Assembly: GCA_963785305.1 (NCBI GenBank)
Contig: CAWAUV010000001.1
Coordinates: 96,001 to 160,000, forward strand
DNA length: 64,000 nucleotides
Origin: an uncultured Planctomycetaceae bacterium
GTDB lineage: Bacteria; Planctomycetota; Planctomycetia; Pirellulales; PALSA-1355
Direction of reading: 5' to 3'
Part shown: positions 45,468-55,387 of the stretch, one piece after another
How the letters are laid out: the number at the start of each line of letters is the position of its first letter
How positions within the stretch are numbered: the stretch's first letter is position 1
Made by a program: the position numbers and the translations under genes
Notes under the pieces: model-generated
The model's database searches: none
Seen by the model: only the letters and a program-made list of their open reading frames with translations
What the model was told of the DNA's origin: nothing

Positions 45468-45877
45468 GAGAAAACATTCCTCTCCGAGAAGGATTAAGAG
45501 ATTGACAGATAATTTCGTGCGCACACGATGATAATGCCGTGGGGACACGATCGGCAAGTATCCTGGATTCGCCGCCCGACGCAAGGGCTGGCCATCCTTT
45601 TCGATCATCGCCGAAATCGTTCAAGCATTCTTTCGCGAAGCCGCTTGAAAAAACCAAATCGCCATGCCTATGATGGCGCAAGTCAAAACCTGGGCGCCGT
45701 GCGAGCGCGCGAAGTCGCTCCGTTGTTACAGCGAATCCGCTGGCGTCCGGCTCAAGTTTTTCCGCTCCGCGAATTTCGAGCGCGTCTTCGCGCCCCCACC
45801 ACCAGGATTGTCGACCTTCGAGGAGTTGAAGGTCTTTAGCGGTTAACCCCAGAACCGTATACGCAAGGAGTTGTGTC

Positions 45878-46258
45878 ATGATTCAAATCGCGGAAGGTTG
45901 GGAGTTGAGCGTCGATCGTGGGCCTGATTGGTTGTTCGTGCGGCCGCACAGCGTCAGCGGTGACACGGGCAGCATGCCCCCTCTGGCCGAAGAGATTTGG
46001 GCCTTGCTCGAGCAGCATCAGATTCGCCGCGTGGTGGTGGAGCTCGACGAGATCCCGCTCTTGCACAGTTACTTGGTCGGGCAACTTGTGTGGCTGCACA
46101 AGCGGGTGGTCAGCCAAGGCGGCCTGATGCGGATCAGCGGCGTTTCGAGCGTGAATCAGGATGTGTTGCACACCTGCCGACTCGACGATCGCTTTCCGGC
46201 GTATTTGAATCGTGGCGACGCCGTGATGGGATACCATCCGCCGAATCGCCCGCGCTGA
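45878..46258 (+). CDS. STAS-domain (anti-sigma antagonist-like) protein
   Basis: VVVELDEIPLLHSYLVGQLV.L.K..GG.MRI; RBS AAGGAG upstream. Confidence 0.8.
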   Translation: MIQIAEGWELSVDRGPDWLFVRPHSVSGDTGSMPPLAEEIWALLEQHQIRRVVVELDEIPLLHSYLVGQLVWLHKRVVSQGGLMRISGVSSVNQDVLHTCRLDDRFPAYLNRGDAVMGYHPPNRPR

Positions 46259-46323
46259 TTCGCCCGCGCCGATTCGCAAATGGCCCAGCCACGCGGCGAT
46301 GCGACGCAATGCTAGCGTTCGCG

Positions 46324-46590
46324 CTATCGCCACGCCACTTGCAATTGATTCTCGATCGTCTCGACGCCGTCGAGGCGACGAAGGGCCTCTTGCGCCATCT
46401 GCTTCTGATAATACGTGCTTACTACCCCATGCAGCACCACCCGGCCGGCATGCGTTTCAATGCGCAATTGTCGGCCAGACAGGTGGGGATTGCCCGACAG
46501 CGCCGTGTGCACGCGATGGCTGAGTGTCGGTTCGCCCGTGGTTGGCTCGGCGGCCACGGTCTCCAAGGTCGACTGCGTGCTGGCATGCAT
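46324..46590 (-). CDS. BON domain protein
   Basis: G.VVLHGVVSTYYQKQMAQE..GVETIENQLQV. Confidence 0.85.
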   Translation of the reverse strand: MHASTQSTLETVAAEPTTGEPTLSHRVHTALSGNPHLSGRQLRIETHAGRVVLHGVVSTYYQKQMAQEALRRLDGVETIENQLQVAWR

Positions 46591-46994
46591 GGGCAAAGCA
46601 TCCTCTTAAGGGGGCGCGCAAATCCCGGCTTAAAGCGAATTTGAGCGAAGCAAGTTCGAATGGGTTCACTGGGCCAACCGCTTGCCGGCAATTGTCGATA
46701 CGCGGCGAGATTTCGAGCGAAGGGCTCCTTGTTTTTCGGACTTTGCCGGCGAGGGATTAAGGAATTCCGGACCGCGAAGATGGAGAATCCAGAAGTCCCC
46801 GGCAAAAAGCGATGGCTTTGTCGATTGCAGCGATGAGCGCGACTTTCGGAATCGTGCCGCCCTCAGTCCCGCCGGGCGCGCGTTCCGGCTCGGATTCGCC
46901 GGAAATCGCGAATGAAAAGCAACTTAAGCTTAAATGGCGCCGGCCCGTGGCCGGGCACGCTTCCGCCAACGTTGTTTTTCGAGGCCGAGCTCGC

Positions 46995-48242
46995 ATGAAC
47001 TCAATTCTTTCGCCCCTTTCCGCGGAGCACGAATCGGGCGCCTCGCCCGAGGTCGCTCTCGCGCTTTCGCAGACGGCGCTTCCGCCCGCGGCCCCATCGT
47101 CCGCGCCGATTTCGCGGGCGCCGGCGACCCGGCGTCCCGCGCGGTCCAGCACGGTTTCATTGTCCAATGGCGATGAGATTCGCGTTTATCAAGGAATCGC
47201 CGAGCTGAGCGAATTGGCTCGCGACTGGCAGTCGCTCGATGCCGTGGCCGAGAGTCCGGCGGAGCAGTTCATTTGGCTGCAATCGGCCGCGACGGCTCTC
47301 TTGGACGACGACTCCTTGCGCGTGGCGACCGTGTGGCGGGGTCCGCTTCTGCAAGCGGCGGCGCCCCTGGCCCTGCGGCGTCATGGGGCCTTCGAGCGCG
47401 CGCGGTTGCTCGGCGTGGGCGATCTTTGGGAGCCGATGGACCTGGTGGCGGTCGATGCGCCGCGCGCGAGTCGCTGGTGCGATTTCTTGTCGGTCAATTC
47501 CGTTATCCGCTCCATTTCGAGCGCTTGCCCGAGGATTCGCCGACACTGCCGCTCGTGGCCGCGGCGGCCCGGGGTAAAGCCACTCGGCTCGAGACTCCCC
47601 AGGCGGATTGCCCATATATCGAGCTCGACGCCTCGTGGCGCGAGCCGGAGAGCCATTTGAATTCCGGCCGCCGCTCGGACCTGCGCCGCGCAGCGCAAAG
47701 CCGAAGTGTTGGGCGAAGTGGAATACCAACTCCTCGCGCCGCGGCCCACGGAGCTCGCCGCGCTGCTCGACGAGGCATTCGATGTGGAAGCCAGCGGCTG
47801 GAAGGGCATCGAAGCCTCGGCTTTGAATTACGATCCCCGCAGGGCCAGCTTTTTTCGCCGCTATGCTTCCGCCGCGGCGCGGCAAGGCGCGCTGCGAATG
47901 GCGTTTATGCGCATCGGTGGCGACGCCGCCGCCATGCAAATCGGAGTCGAAACTCGCGGCAAGCTATGGCTGCTCAAAGTCGGGTATCGCGAGCGACTGG
48001 CCCAATGTTCGCCGGGCATGCTGCTGATGCGCGAGTCGATCGCCGCGGCGGCCCGCGCCGGGCTCCAGGGTTTTGAATTCCTCGGCCGCGCCGAAGCCTG
48101 GACCGATGTTTGGACTCAGCGCCGGCGGCGGCATGTGAGCTTGCGCGTCTATCCCTGGCGGGCGAGCGGCGCGGCGGCCCTCGCGGCCGATGTCGCGCAT
48201 TCGATGTGCGAACGCATGCGCCGCCGCGGAGCACAATCATGA
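46995..48242 (+). CDS. GNAT acetyltransferase, CelD/BcsL-like; frameshifts near 47460 and 47695
   Basis: CPYIEL..SW, EASGWKG, LKVGY..SPGMLL, FEFLG.AE.W; spread over three ORFs. Confidence 0.75.
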
Positions 48243-49258
48243 ACGATCTCGCAACCGATTTTCAAAACAGCGCCGGCGCAGGCGCCGCTGGCCCGATCTT
48301 GAACCGTGTCGCCATCGACACGGAATCGGATCGCCCTTGTCCGACGCCGGCGGCTGGCGATTCGGCGGAAACACATGCCAGTTCGCGCCGCGAACCGCGC
48401 TCGTTGATCGGCCGCGTGGCGCGAAATCTGGCGAGCCGCGCGGCCCGAGCCTATGTCGCCGGCGAATCGCTCGACGACGCCCTCGCGGCGCGGGAGTCGC
48501 TCGCTCGCGCCGGCCATCTTGCCACGCTCGGCTACTGGAGCGATGGCGACGATGACCCGGCCGCGGTGTTCGCTCAATATCGGGCGACGCTCGCCGCGCT
48601 CGGCGCCGGTGGACATGGCGGTTATTGCTCGGCGAAGCTTCCGGCGCTTGGCTTCCGCAAGAAGCTCATGGATGGGCTCGCGCTTGCCGCGCGCGACGCC
48701 GGGGTCGCCTTGCATTGTGATTCCCATGGCCCCGAGGATGTCGATCGCACGCGCGGCGTGATCGAACGCTGGCAAGAATGCTACACCGTTGCCGCGGGCA
48801 CGACGTTGCCCGGTCGCTGGCGACGAAGCGTCGACGATGCCCTCTGGACCAACGAACGTGGGCTGCCGGCGCGAGTCGTCAAAGGTCAATGGGCCGACCC
48901 AGCGGATCCGAACCGCGATCAGCGCGCGGGCTTTTTGGAAGTGATCGACGCTCTCGCCGGCCGCGCGACCAAGGTCGCCGTGGCCACGCATGACGTGCCG
49001 CTGGCGCTCGAAGCGATCGGACGACTGCGTCGCGGGAAGACGCCCGTTCGCTGGGAACTGCTCCACGGCCTGCCGATGCGCGAAGCGCCTCGCGCGGCCG
49101 CGGCGGTGGGCGTCGAGACACGCGTGTATGTGCCCTTTGGCCGCGGCTATTTGCCCTATGCCTTGCGGCGGCTGGCGACGAGCCCACGAATGTGGAGCTG
49201 GCTGCTCAAGGACCTGATCGCCGGCTCGCTCTCGCGCGGCGGCCGAGCAACGGGCTAA
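48239..49258 (+). CDS. Proline dehydrogenase-like flavoprotein
   Basis: YVAGESLDDA, SAKLPAL, TLPGRWRRS, RVVKG, VATHD, ELLHGL, RVYVPFG; ATGA overlap with the GNAT gene. Confidence 0.8.
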   Translation: MNDLATDFQNSAGAGAAGPILNRVAIDTESDRPCPTPAAGDSAETHASSRREPRSLIGRVARNLASRAARAYVAGESLDDALAARESLARAGHLATLGYWSDGDDDPAAVFAQYRATLAALGAGGHGGYCSAKLPALGFRKKLMDGLALAARDAGVALHCDSHGPEDVDRTRGVIERWQECYTVAAGTTLPGRWRRSVDDALWTNERGLPARVVKGQWADPADPNRDQRAGFLEVIDALAGRATKVAVATHDVPLALEAIGRLRRGKTPVRWELLHGLPMREAPRAAAAVGVETRVYVPFGRGYLPYALRRLATSPRMWSWLLKDLIAGSLSRGGRATG

Positions 49259-49275
49259 GAGCCGTTCGCGGCAAC

Positions 49276-50097
49276 CTATTCCATCGCCGCGAGGCCGAGC
49301 GTTTTGCGGAGCGCGGTCATCGCCACTTCGCCCACGCTGCGCGGCGGAATTTGCCAGATTTGTGGATTCATCAACTCGACCGCCACATAACCCGTGTAGC
49401 CGATCTCGCGCATTCGCGCTACGATCGGGCCGAAGTCGAAGTCGCCATCGCCGGGGAGAATGCGGTCGGCGTCGGTGGCGAACTCGCGCGGTTGGCCCAT
49501 CAGATCGCAAAGCTGGACATGAAACAGATTCTCGGCGCCGAGCAGCGCGAGGTCTTCGGTTTTGCTGGGCCCAATGTAGTAATGAAACAGATCGAAGCAG
49601 AGCCCCAGGGCCGGATGCCCGATCTCGGCCACGAGCGAAGCGGCCGTTTGCAGGTTGTTGGCCAGCGACGCGCGGCCTTGAAATTCGAGCGCCACTCGCA
49701 GCCCGGCGGCGGCGGCTTGGTTGGCCGCGTCGACGAGCGACACCCGCACCCGGTCGAGGTCTTGCTGCGTGAGCTCGCCGGAGATGTCGCCCGCCACGAC
49801 GAGGGTCTCGACTCCCAACTCCCGGCATAGGCCGAGCCGCTTGGTGAAGCTCTCCCAATGGGCCTTGCGAAATTCGCCTTGGCTTGTGAGCAGGCCGCCC
49901 TGGAAACTGGCTACCGGCGCCGCGACTTCATGGGTTTCAAGCAGGCGTCGCACGTCGGCCGGGGCATGCGAGTCGAGATAGCCTTCGAGCTTGCCGAGCC
50001 AGAGCTCGACCGCTTGGCACTTGCCGGCGGCATAGTCCTCGATGTCGGCCTCGAACGACGCATGCAGGGTGCAAACTTGACTGATGGCCGGCTTCAT
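49276..50097 (-). CDS. Sugar phosphate isomerase/epimerase (TIM barrel)
   Basis: ALEF, FDLFHY, HVQLCD, RILPGDG, GYTGYVAVE. Confidence 0.88.
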   Translation of the reverse strand: MKPAISQVCTLHASFEADIEDYAAGKCQAVELWLGKLEGYLDSHAPADVRRLLETHEVAAPVASFQGGLLTSQGEFRKAHWESFTKRLGLCRELGVETLVVAGDISGELTQQDLDRVRVSLVDAANQAAAAGLRVALEFQGRASLANNLQTAASLVAEIGHPALGLCFDLFHYYIGPSKTEDLALLGAENLFHVQLCDLMGQPREFATDADRILPGDGDFDFGPIVARMREIGYTGYVAVELMNPQIWQIPPRSVGEVAMTALRKTLGLAAME

Positions 50098-50182
50098 GTG
50101 CGTGGCTCTTCGAAGGGTCGCGTTGGGTTTTACGGGGAAAACGGATTGTCGGGCCTTTGGGGATCGGCTCGTCTTGCGCGTG

Positions 50183-51226
50183 TCAAGCGCGATCGTGGGG
50201 AAACGCAATGACTTCGTCGAGCGAATTCGCGCCGGTGGCTAGCATCACCAAGCGGTCGAAACCGAGCGCCACGCCGCTCGAAGCCGGCAGCCCGGCGTCC
50301 ATGGCCGCCAGGAGCCGGCTTTCGATCGGCAAGGGGCGATTGCCATCGGCCACGCGCTGGCGATTCGTCTCGGCGTTGCGACCGCGGAGCACCGCCGGGT
50401 CGAGCAGTTCATGATACCCATTGGCGAGCTCCACGCCGCCGACATAAAGTTCGAATCGTTCGGCCACCGGCGGCTGGTCGTCGGACGCATCGATGCGCAC
50501 CTGCGCCAGAGCCGCTTGCGAGGCCGGAAAATCGCAAATGATCGTCGGCCGCTCGAGGCCAAGACGAGGCTGCACGCATTCGGTAAGCAGCCAATCGAGC
50601 AAGCCATCGCGATCGAATTCGGTCGGCAATGGTGAATCACCGCCGGGGAGCGAGCGCGCGGCCGAGCGCAGCGCGTCGAGACCGGCCCGGTGAGGATCGA
50701 GCCCCACATGCCGGGCGAAGGCATCGCCATAGCGGATCGTCTCGGCCGGGCCGCGTTCGAGCAGGGTCTCGGCCAGGTCCGAGAGCAGGGCGATTGCTTG
50801 GCGCATATCGTCGCCGCGGCGATACCATTCGACCATGGTGAATTCGGGATTGTGTAGACGGCCGCGTTCCTCGGCGCGAAACACCTTGGCCACTTGATAA
50901 ATGGATTCGGCCCCCGCGGCGAGCAGGCGCTTCATGCAAAACTCGGGCGAGGTTTGCAGCCACATCGCCGGGCCGGCCGAATTGCGAGGCGCGTCGGCCG
51001 CGCGACCCAGGGGCGCGGCCCGGAGCGGCTCGAGGTGGCGATCCACCACGGTGTCGGCCGAGAGGATCGGAGTCTCGACTTCGAGAAAGCCACGGGCATC
51101 GAAAAAATCGCGGACCTTGCGCAGCAGTTCGGCGCGCCTTCGCAAGCGAGGCCACGAAGCGGTGGGCGCCCAGGGGTGGCCGGCCTCCGCGGCCCGACTA
51201 TTCCTTGGCCCGTTCGATGTATTCAT
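50183..51226 (-). CDS. epmA: EF-P lysine aminoacylase
   Basis: FLEVETP, LQTSPEFCMKRLL, HNPEFTMVEWY, ERFELY..ELANG, GVALGFDRL; adjacent to efp; start approximate. Confidence 0.93.
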   Translation of the reverse strand: MNTSNGPRNSRAAEAGHPWAPTASWPRLRRRAELLRKVRDFFDARGFLEVETPILSADTVVDRHLEPLRAAPLGRAADAPRNSAGPAMWLQTSPEFCMKRLLAAGAESIYQVAKVFRAEERGRLHNPEFTMVEWYRRGDDMRQAIALLSDLAETLLERGPAETIRYGDAFARHVGLDPHRAGLDALRSAARSLPGGDSPLPTEFDRDGLLDWLLTECVQPRLGLERPTIICDFPASQAALAQVRIDASDDQPPVAERFELYVGGVELANGYHELLDPAVLRGRNAETNRQRVADGNRPLPIESRLLAAMDAGLPASSGVALGFDRLVMLATGANSLDEVIAFPHDRA

Positions 51227-51767
51227 CGGTTCGCGTATCGACTTTAATCAGATCGCCAATGCCGACGAAGGCGGGGCAGATGACTTCGGCGCCGGTTTCG
51301 AGGCGCACCGGCTTGGTGAGATTGGTGGCGGTGTTGCCGCGGATGGCCGGTTCACAATACTCGATCTTGAGGATCACATGGTTCGGCGCGGCGACCGATA
51401 TGGGATTATTGTTGAAGAGCATCATCGCGCAGACCATGCCCTCCTTGACATACTTGGCGGCATCGCCCACTTGCAGGCCCGTGAGCTCGTACTGCTCGAA
51501 GTTCTCGTTGTCCATGAACACGAACTGATCGCCCTGGCGATAGAGGAATTGGGCGTCGATCTCCTCGACATCGGCGGCTTCGAGCGAATCGCCGCCCTTG
51601 TAGGTGCGGTCGAGCACCGTGTTTTTGATCAGGTTGCGCATCCGGCATTTGTAGAGGGCGTTGCCCTTGCCCGGCTTGACGAAATTGCACTCGAGCATCA
51701 AATACGGTTCGCCATCGATCTGAATTTTGATGCCTTTTTTGAAATCGCTGGTATTGTACGTCGCCAC
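51198..51767 (-). CDS. efp: Elongation factor P
   Basis: FVKPGKG with the modifiable Lys, RGNTAT, LETG, IKVDTR..Y; GTG start. Confidence 0.97.
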   Translation of the reverse strand: MATYNTSDFKKGIKIQIDGEPYLMLECNFVKPGKGNALYKCRMRNLIKNTVLDRTYKGGDSLEAADVEEIDAQFLYRQGDQFVFMDNENFEQYELTGLQVGDAAKYVKEGMVCAMMLFNNNPISVAAPNHVILKIEYCEPAIRGNTATNLTKPVRLETGAEVICPAFVGIGDLIKVDTRTDEYIERAKE

Positions 51768-51930
51768 GGTCGTTTTCCTGCTTCGCTTCGGGAAGGGGAC
51801 GGGTTATGCTGAGTTCGCCCGCCCTGGCGCCGGCGCCCTAGGGAACCCGCGCCGCGAGGCGAAACTAAATTCAGACGGTATTTTTATTTCGCCGACGTTA
51901 ACCTCTCGCCGGTTGACAATTCCTCGCCGG

Positions 51931-53050
51931 ATGACAGCGCCAATTTCAGTGCCAATTTCATCGCCAACTCCCGTCCACGGGGCCCCATCGGTCTCGGAGC
52001 CCGATTCCGCCGAAACGAACTCCGCGGAGCGTCGCTCTTGGGAGCCTCGGCCCGGCGCAACCGGCCGGCGCCGCCCAGCGCACTTGGCGCGAGGAGCTCA
52101 AGGCCGCGGTGCGCGATCCGGCCGAGCTGTGCCGGCTCGTCGGTCTGGAGCATCTCGAACCACGAGCCCATCAAGCGGCGCGGCTGTTTGGACTCTTCGC
52201 CCCGCGGCCGCTCATCGGCCGCATGCGCCATGGCGACGCGCGCGATCCACTCTTGCGGCAAGTGCTGCCGCTCGACGAGGAATGCGCTTCGCCCAGCGGC
52301 TTCTCGGCCGATCCCGTGGGAGACGGCCCGGCGATGCTCACTCCGGGGCTGCTGCAAAAGTATGCTTCCAGGGCGTTGATCGTAGCAACTGGGGCTTGCG
52401 CCGTCCATTGCCGTTACTGCTTTCGCCGGGAGTTTGCCTATGAAGAAACACCCCGCTCGGCCGCTGCTTGGCAGCCGGCGCTCGACCGCATTGCCGCCGA
52501 TAGCAGCCTGAGCGAAGTGATCCTAAGCGGTGGCGATCCGCTCACGCTCGTCGACTCCGCGCTTGCCGAGCTCACCGTTCGCCTAGCCGCGATTCCGCAC
52601 TTGCGGCGGCTGCGTGTCCATACCCGATTGCCGATCATGATTCCGGCGCGGGTCACCGACGAACTGCTCGCTTGGCTGACCACCGGCCGACTCAAGCCTG
52701 TTGTGGTGATCCACGCCAATCATGCGGCGGAGCTCGATTCGCAGGTCGCGGCCGCGGTCGAGCGCCTAAGTCGCGCCGGAGCACTGCTGCTCAATCAGGC
52801 GGTGCTTCTCAAGGGCATCAATGATGACGCCGATACGCTCGTGGCTCTTTCCGAACGGTTGATCGAGATTGGCGTAACACCGTATTACCTGCATCAAATC
52901 GACCGGGTGCGCGGAGCGGCGCACTTCGAAACCCCCGTCGAACATGGCCTTCGACTGATCGCCGAATTGCGGCGTCGCCTGCCGGGCTATGCGACGCCGC
53001 GATATGTTCAAGAAGTCGCCGGGGCCGCGAGCAAAGTGGTGCTTGCTTGA
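51931..53050 (+). CDS. epmB: Lysine 2,3-aminomutase-like radical SAM enzyme for EF-P beta-lysylation; start uncertain
   Basis: CAVHCRYCFRR, ILSGGDPL, RVHTRLP, HANH, LNQAVLLKGIND, PYYLH; divergent from efp-epmA. Confidence 0.9.
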
Positions 53051-53347
53051 TCTTGGCACGGCCAAGTTCTTGCCGCGGCTTTCCGGCGGCAGGCCGCGAT
53101 TCGTAGCGCGAGCTGGCGACGCCGCCGACGCGGCGTTCCGCGATATGCGCCCGCGCGGAGGCGCTGCGGGATCGCTTCAATCGCTCTCTTCGGGCCATTT
53201 CCTTAGCGAATCGTTAGCCCCAAGTTCCGGCTTATCCCATCTCACGCAGACGGAAAATTCTCCCCATATTGCTTGCTTTTCATGCTATTGTTGGTATGTT
53301 CGTTGGGGAATTCCGGTTACGAAGACCTTAAGGGGAGATTAATTAGC

Positions 53348-54472
53348 ATGAACTTGTCGAATTTCAGGACACTGATCGCGGGCGCCATCCTCGTTGGCGG
53401 AATCGCCGCGGTGTCCGAGGCCCAGGCGGGCTTCCACCATCGTCACGCGTACGGCTATGGCGGCTATGGTTATGGTAGCTGCGGTTCGAGCGGTTACTAC
53501 TATGGCTCGAGCGGTTACTACGGTTCGTCGGGCGGTTACACCGGCTTCGGCGGCTGGGGTTCGGGTGGGTCGAGCGGCGGATGGGCCACTCGCCATCATT
53601 TTGGATCCTACGGCGGCTCCTATGGCTCGTGCGGTGGTTCGTCGGGTGGTTACTACGGCTATGGCTCGTCGGGCGGCTCGTCGGGTGGTTCGTCGGGCTA
53701 CTACTACGGCGGCTCGAGTGGCGGCTCGAGTGGTGGATCGAGCGGCGGCTATTTCAGCGGCTATCCCGCGATGAACGGCGCCCCGGTTATGATGCCGCAA
53801 AACGGCTCGCCGGCGCCGATGCAAACTCCGAACAACATGGTTCCCCCGGCAACGCCGACCCCGCCGGGTCCGAGCCCGACCGCTCCCGCGCCGGCCCCCG
53901 GTCCGACCGATGGTAGCACCACGAGCATCGACCGCGACAGCGTGCTGTTGTCGGTGCATGTGCCGGCCGACGCCAAGGTCTATGTCAATGGGCATCTGAC
54001 CTCGAGCACCGGCGCCGACCGCTCGTTCGTGAGCCGCGGCCTGGTCGAGGGCGGACGCTATACCTATGAAGTTCGCGCCGAGGTGATGGTCAACGGTCAG
54101 CTTGTGACCGACACCCAGAGCGTGCAACTCACCAGCGGCGAAGGCGCCAATCTGGCCTTTGCTCTCAACAATGCCGGCCAATTGCAGGCCAACAGCCCGA
54201 GCATCACCAAGCTCACGTTGCATGTGCCGGCTGGCGCTCGCGTGTTCTTGGCTGGCCAAGAGGCCACCTCGAACGGCGCTGTCCGTGAGTTCACCACCAC
54301 TCGGCTCGCGCCGGGCGAGGTCTGGTCGGACTACACGGTCCGGGCCGAGATCGAGCGCGATGGCCAGATGGTGGTTCGCGAAGCGACGTTGACCTTGGTC
54401 GGCGGCGACTCGAAGGAGCTTACGTTGGATTTCGGCGGCGACGCGACCCCCTCGGTCGCCTCGACTCGCTGA
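53348..54472 (+). CDS. Secreted TIGR03000-domain protein with Gly/Ser/Tyr-rich and Pro-rich linkers
   Basis: Signal peptide ending AQA; two domains VPADAKVYVNG..TG..R.F..L..G..Y.Y.VRAE and VPAGARVFLAG..REFTT. Confidence 0.85.
   Translation: MNLSNFRTLIAGAILVGGIAAVSEAQAGFHHRHAYGYGGYGYGSCGSSGYYYGSSGYYGSSGGYTGFGGWGSGGSSGGWATRHHFGSYGGSYGSCGGSSGGYYGYGSSGGSSGGSSGYYYGGSSGGSSGGSSGGYFSGYPAMNGAPVMMPQNGSPAPMQTPNNMVPPATPTPPGPSPTAPAPAPGPTDGSTTSIDRDSVLLSVHVPADAKVYVNGHLTSSTGADRSFVSRGLVEGGRYTYEVRAEVMVNGQLVTDTQSVQLTSGEGANLAFALNNAGQLQANSPSITKLTLHVPAGARVFLAGQEATSNGAVREFTTTRLAPGEVWSDYTVRAEIERDGQMVVREATLTLVGGDSKELTLDFGGDATPSVASTR
53450..53762 (+). repeat. Coding low-complexity repeat (GGSSGG/YGSSG units)
   Basis: Repeated GGYGGYTCGTCG / GGCTCGAGYGGY codon units. 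Confidence 0.7.
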
Positions 54473-54548
54473 TGAATGCGAATGTCTCGGCCGCGTCGGA
54501 GCCAAGCGCTCTTGGCGACCGAGTCCCTTTTGGATGTGAATCCTACCG

Positions 54549-54582
54549 CCTCGCCCCGGTTCGCCCGGGGCGAGGTTTTTTT
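54549..54582 (+). terminator. Rho-independent terminator
   Basis: CCTCGCCCCGG-TTCGC-CCGGGGCGAGG followed by T7, downstream of the TIGR03000 gene. Confidence 0.85.
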
Positions 54583-54743
54583 ACGCGCGAAGGTATTCCG
54601 CCGAGGCAAGATCGCGGGAACCGCCTTAAAATCAAAGAAATCGGCGAAAGGCTCGCCCTCCGCCTATGCGAATTATTTCGCGCATGCGGCGATCGGGTAG
54701 ATTTATCGCCGGGGGCCGCGGCCGCGGCCGATAGGGAGATGTG

Positions 54744-55382
54744 ATGAAAAACGCGAACCAAAACATCTCGCCCGCGGCGCATGCGGCTTCTCCCCGGCCG
54801 GGCGCGGCGGAGAATGCCGGCCGGGGGCTTTCGCCCGCTTGGCGAGTGACGATCAGCGGCGTTATCGCGCTGCATCTGGCGGCGGTGTTTACCGGCCCCT
54901 GGGCTTTCGCGCCGCTGCATTCCCGCTTGGCCGACGACGCCTACTCGCTGCTGCGGCCCTATATCGAAGTCATGGCCCTGGGCAATGGCTATCGTTTTTT
55001 CGCGCCCGAGCCCGGTCCGAGTCATTTGCTGCACTATGAAATGACCTTGGCCGATGGGAGCCGTCGCGAGGGCGAAATTCCGAATCTCAAGACCGAGTGG
55101 CCGCGACTGCGATACCATCGCCACTTCATGCTGAGCGAGTTCATCAACTCGATCGATGCTCCGGGCGTGAAGAAGGGGCTAGGCGAAAAATACGCCGAGG
55201 GCTTTGCCCATCATTTGGCCGCGGTCAACAACGCGGAGCGCGTCGATCTTTCGCTGCGCCGGCATCGCTTGGCCACGATGGAAGACGCTCGCAAAGGCAT
55301 GGCGCTCACCGATCCCTCGTTGTACGACAATATCCCGCTCGTGACCTGGACCAAGGACGACGCTCCGGAATCGAAGGACTAA
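54744..55382 (+). CDS. Membrane-anchored hypothetical protein, SdpA/DUF5819-like
   Basis: N-terminal TM containing LH; GYRFFAPEP motif; PRLRYHRHFML; directly upstream of an HTTM gene. Confidence 0.6.
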   Translation: MKNANQNISPAAHAASPRPGAAENAGRGLSPAWRVTISGVIALHLAAVFTGPWAFAPLHSRLADDAYSLLRPYIEVMALGNGYRFFAPEPGPSHLLHYEMTLADGSRREGEIPNLKTEWPRLRYHRHFMLSEFINSIDAPGVKKGLGEKYAEGFAHHLAAVNNAERVDLSLRRHRLATMEDARKGMALTDPSLYDNIPLVTWTKDDAPESKD

Positions 55383-55387
55383 CCCCC

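Noticed and set aside
45361..45879. 172-aa ORF between tpx and the STAS gene
   Set aside because: It overlaps tpx, has no recognisable motif, and spans a likely divergent promoter region.
53450..53762. CRISPR array or DNA tandem repeat
   Set aside because: Variation is concentrated at third codon positions and there are no unique spacers; it is a coding Gly/Ser repeat.
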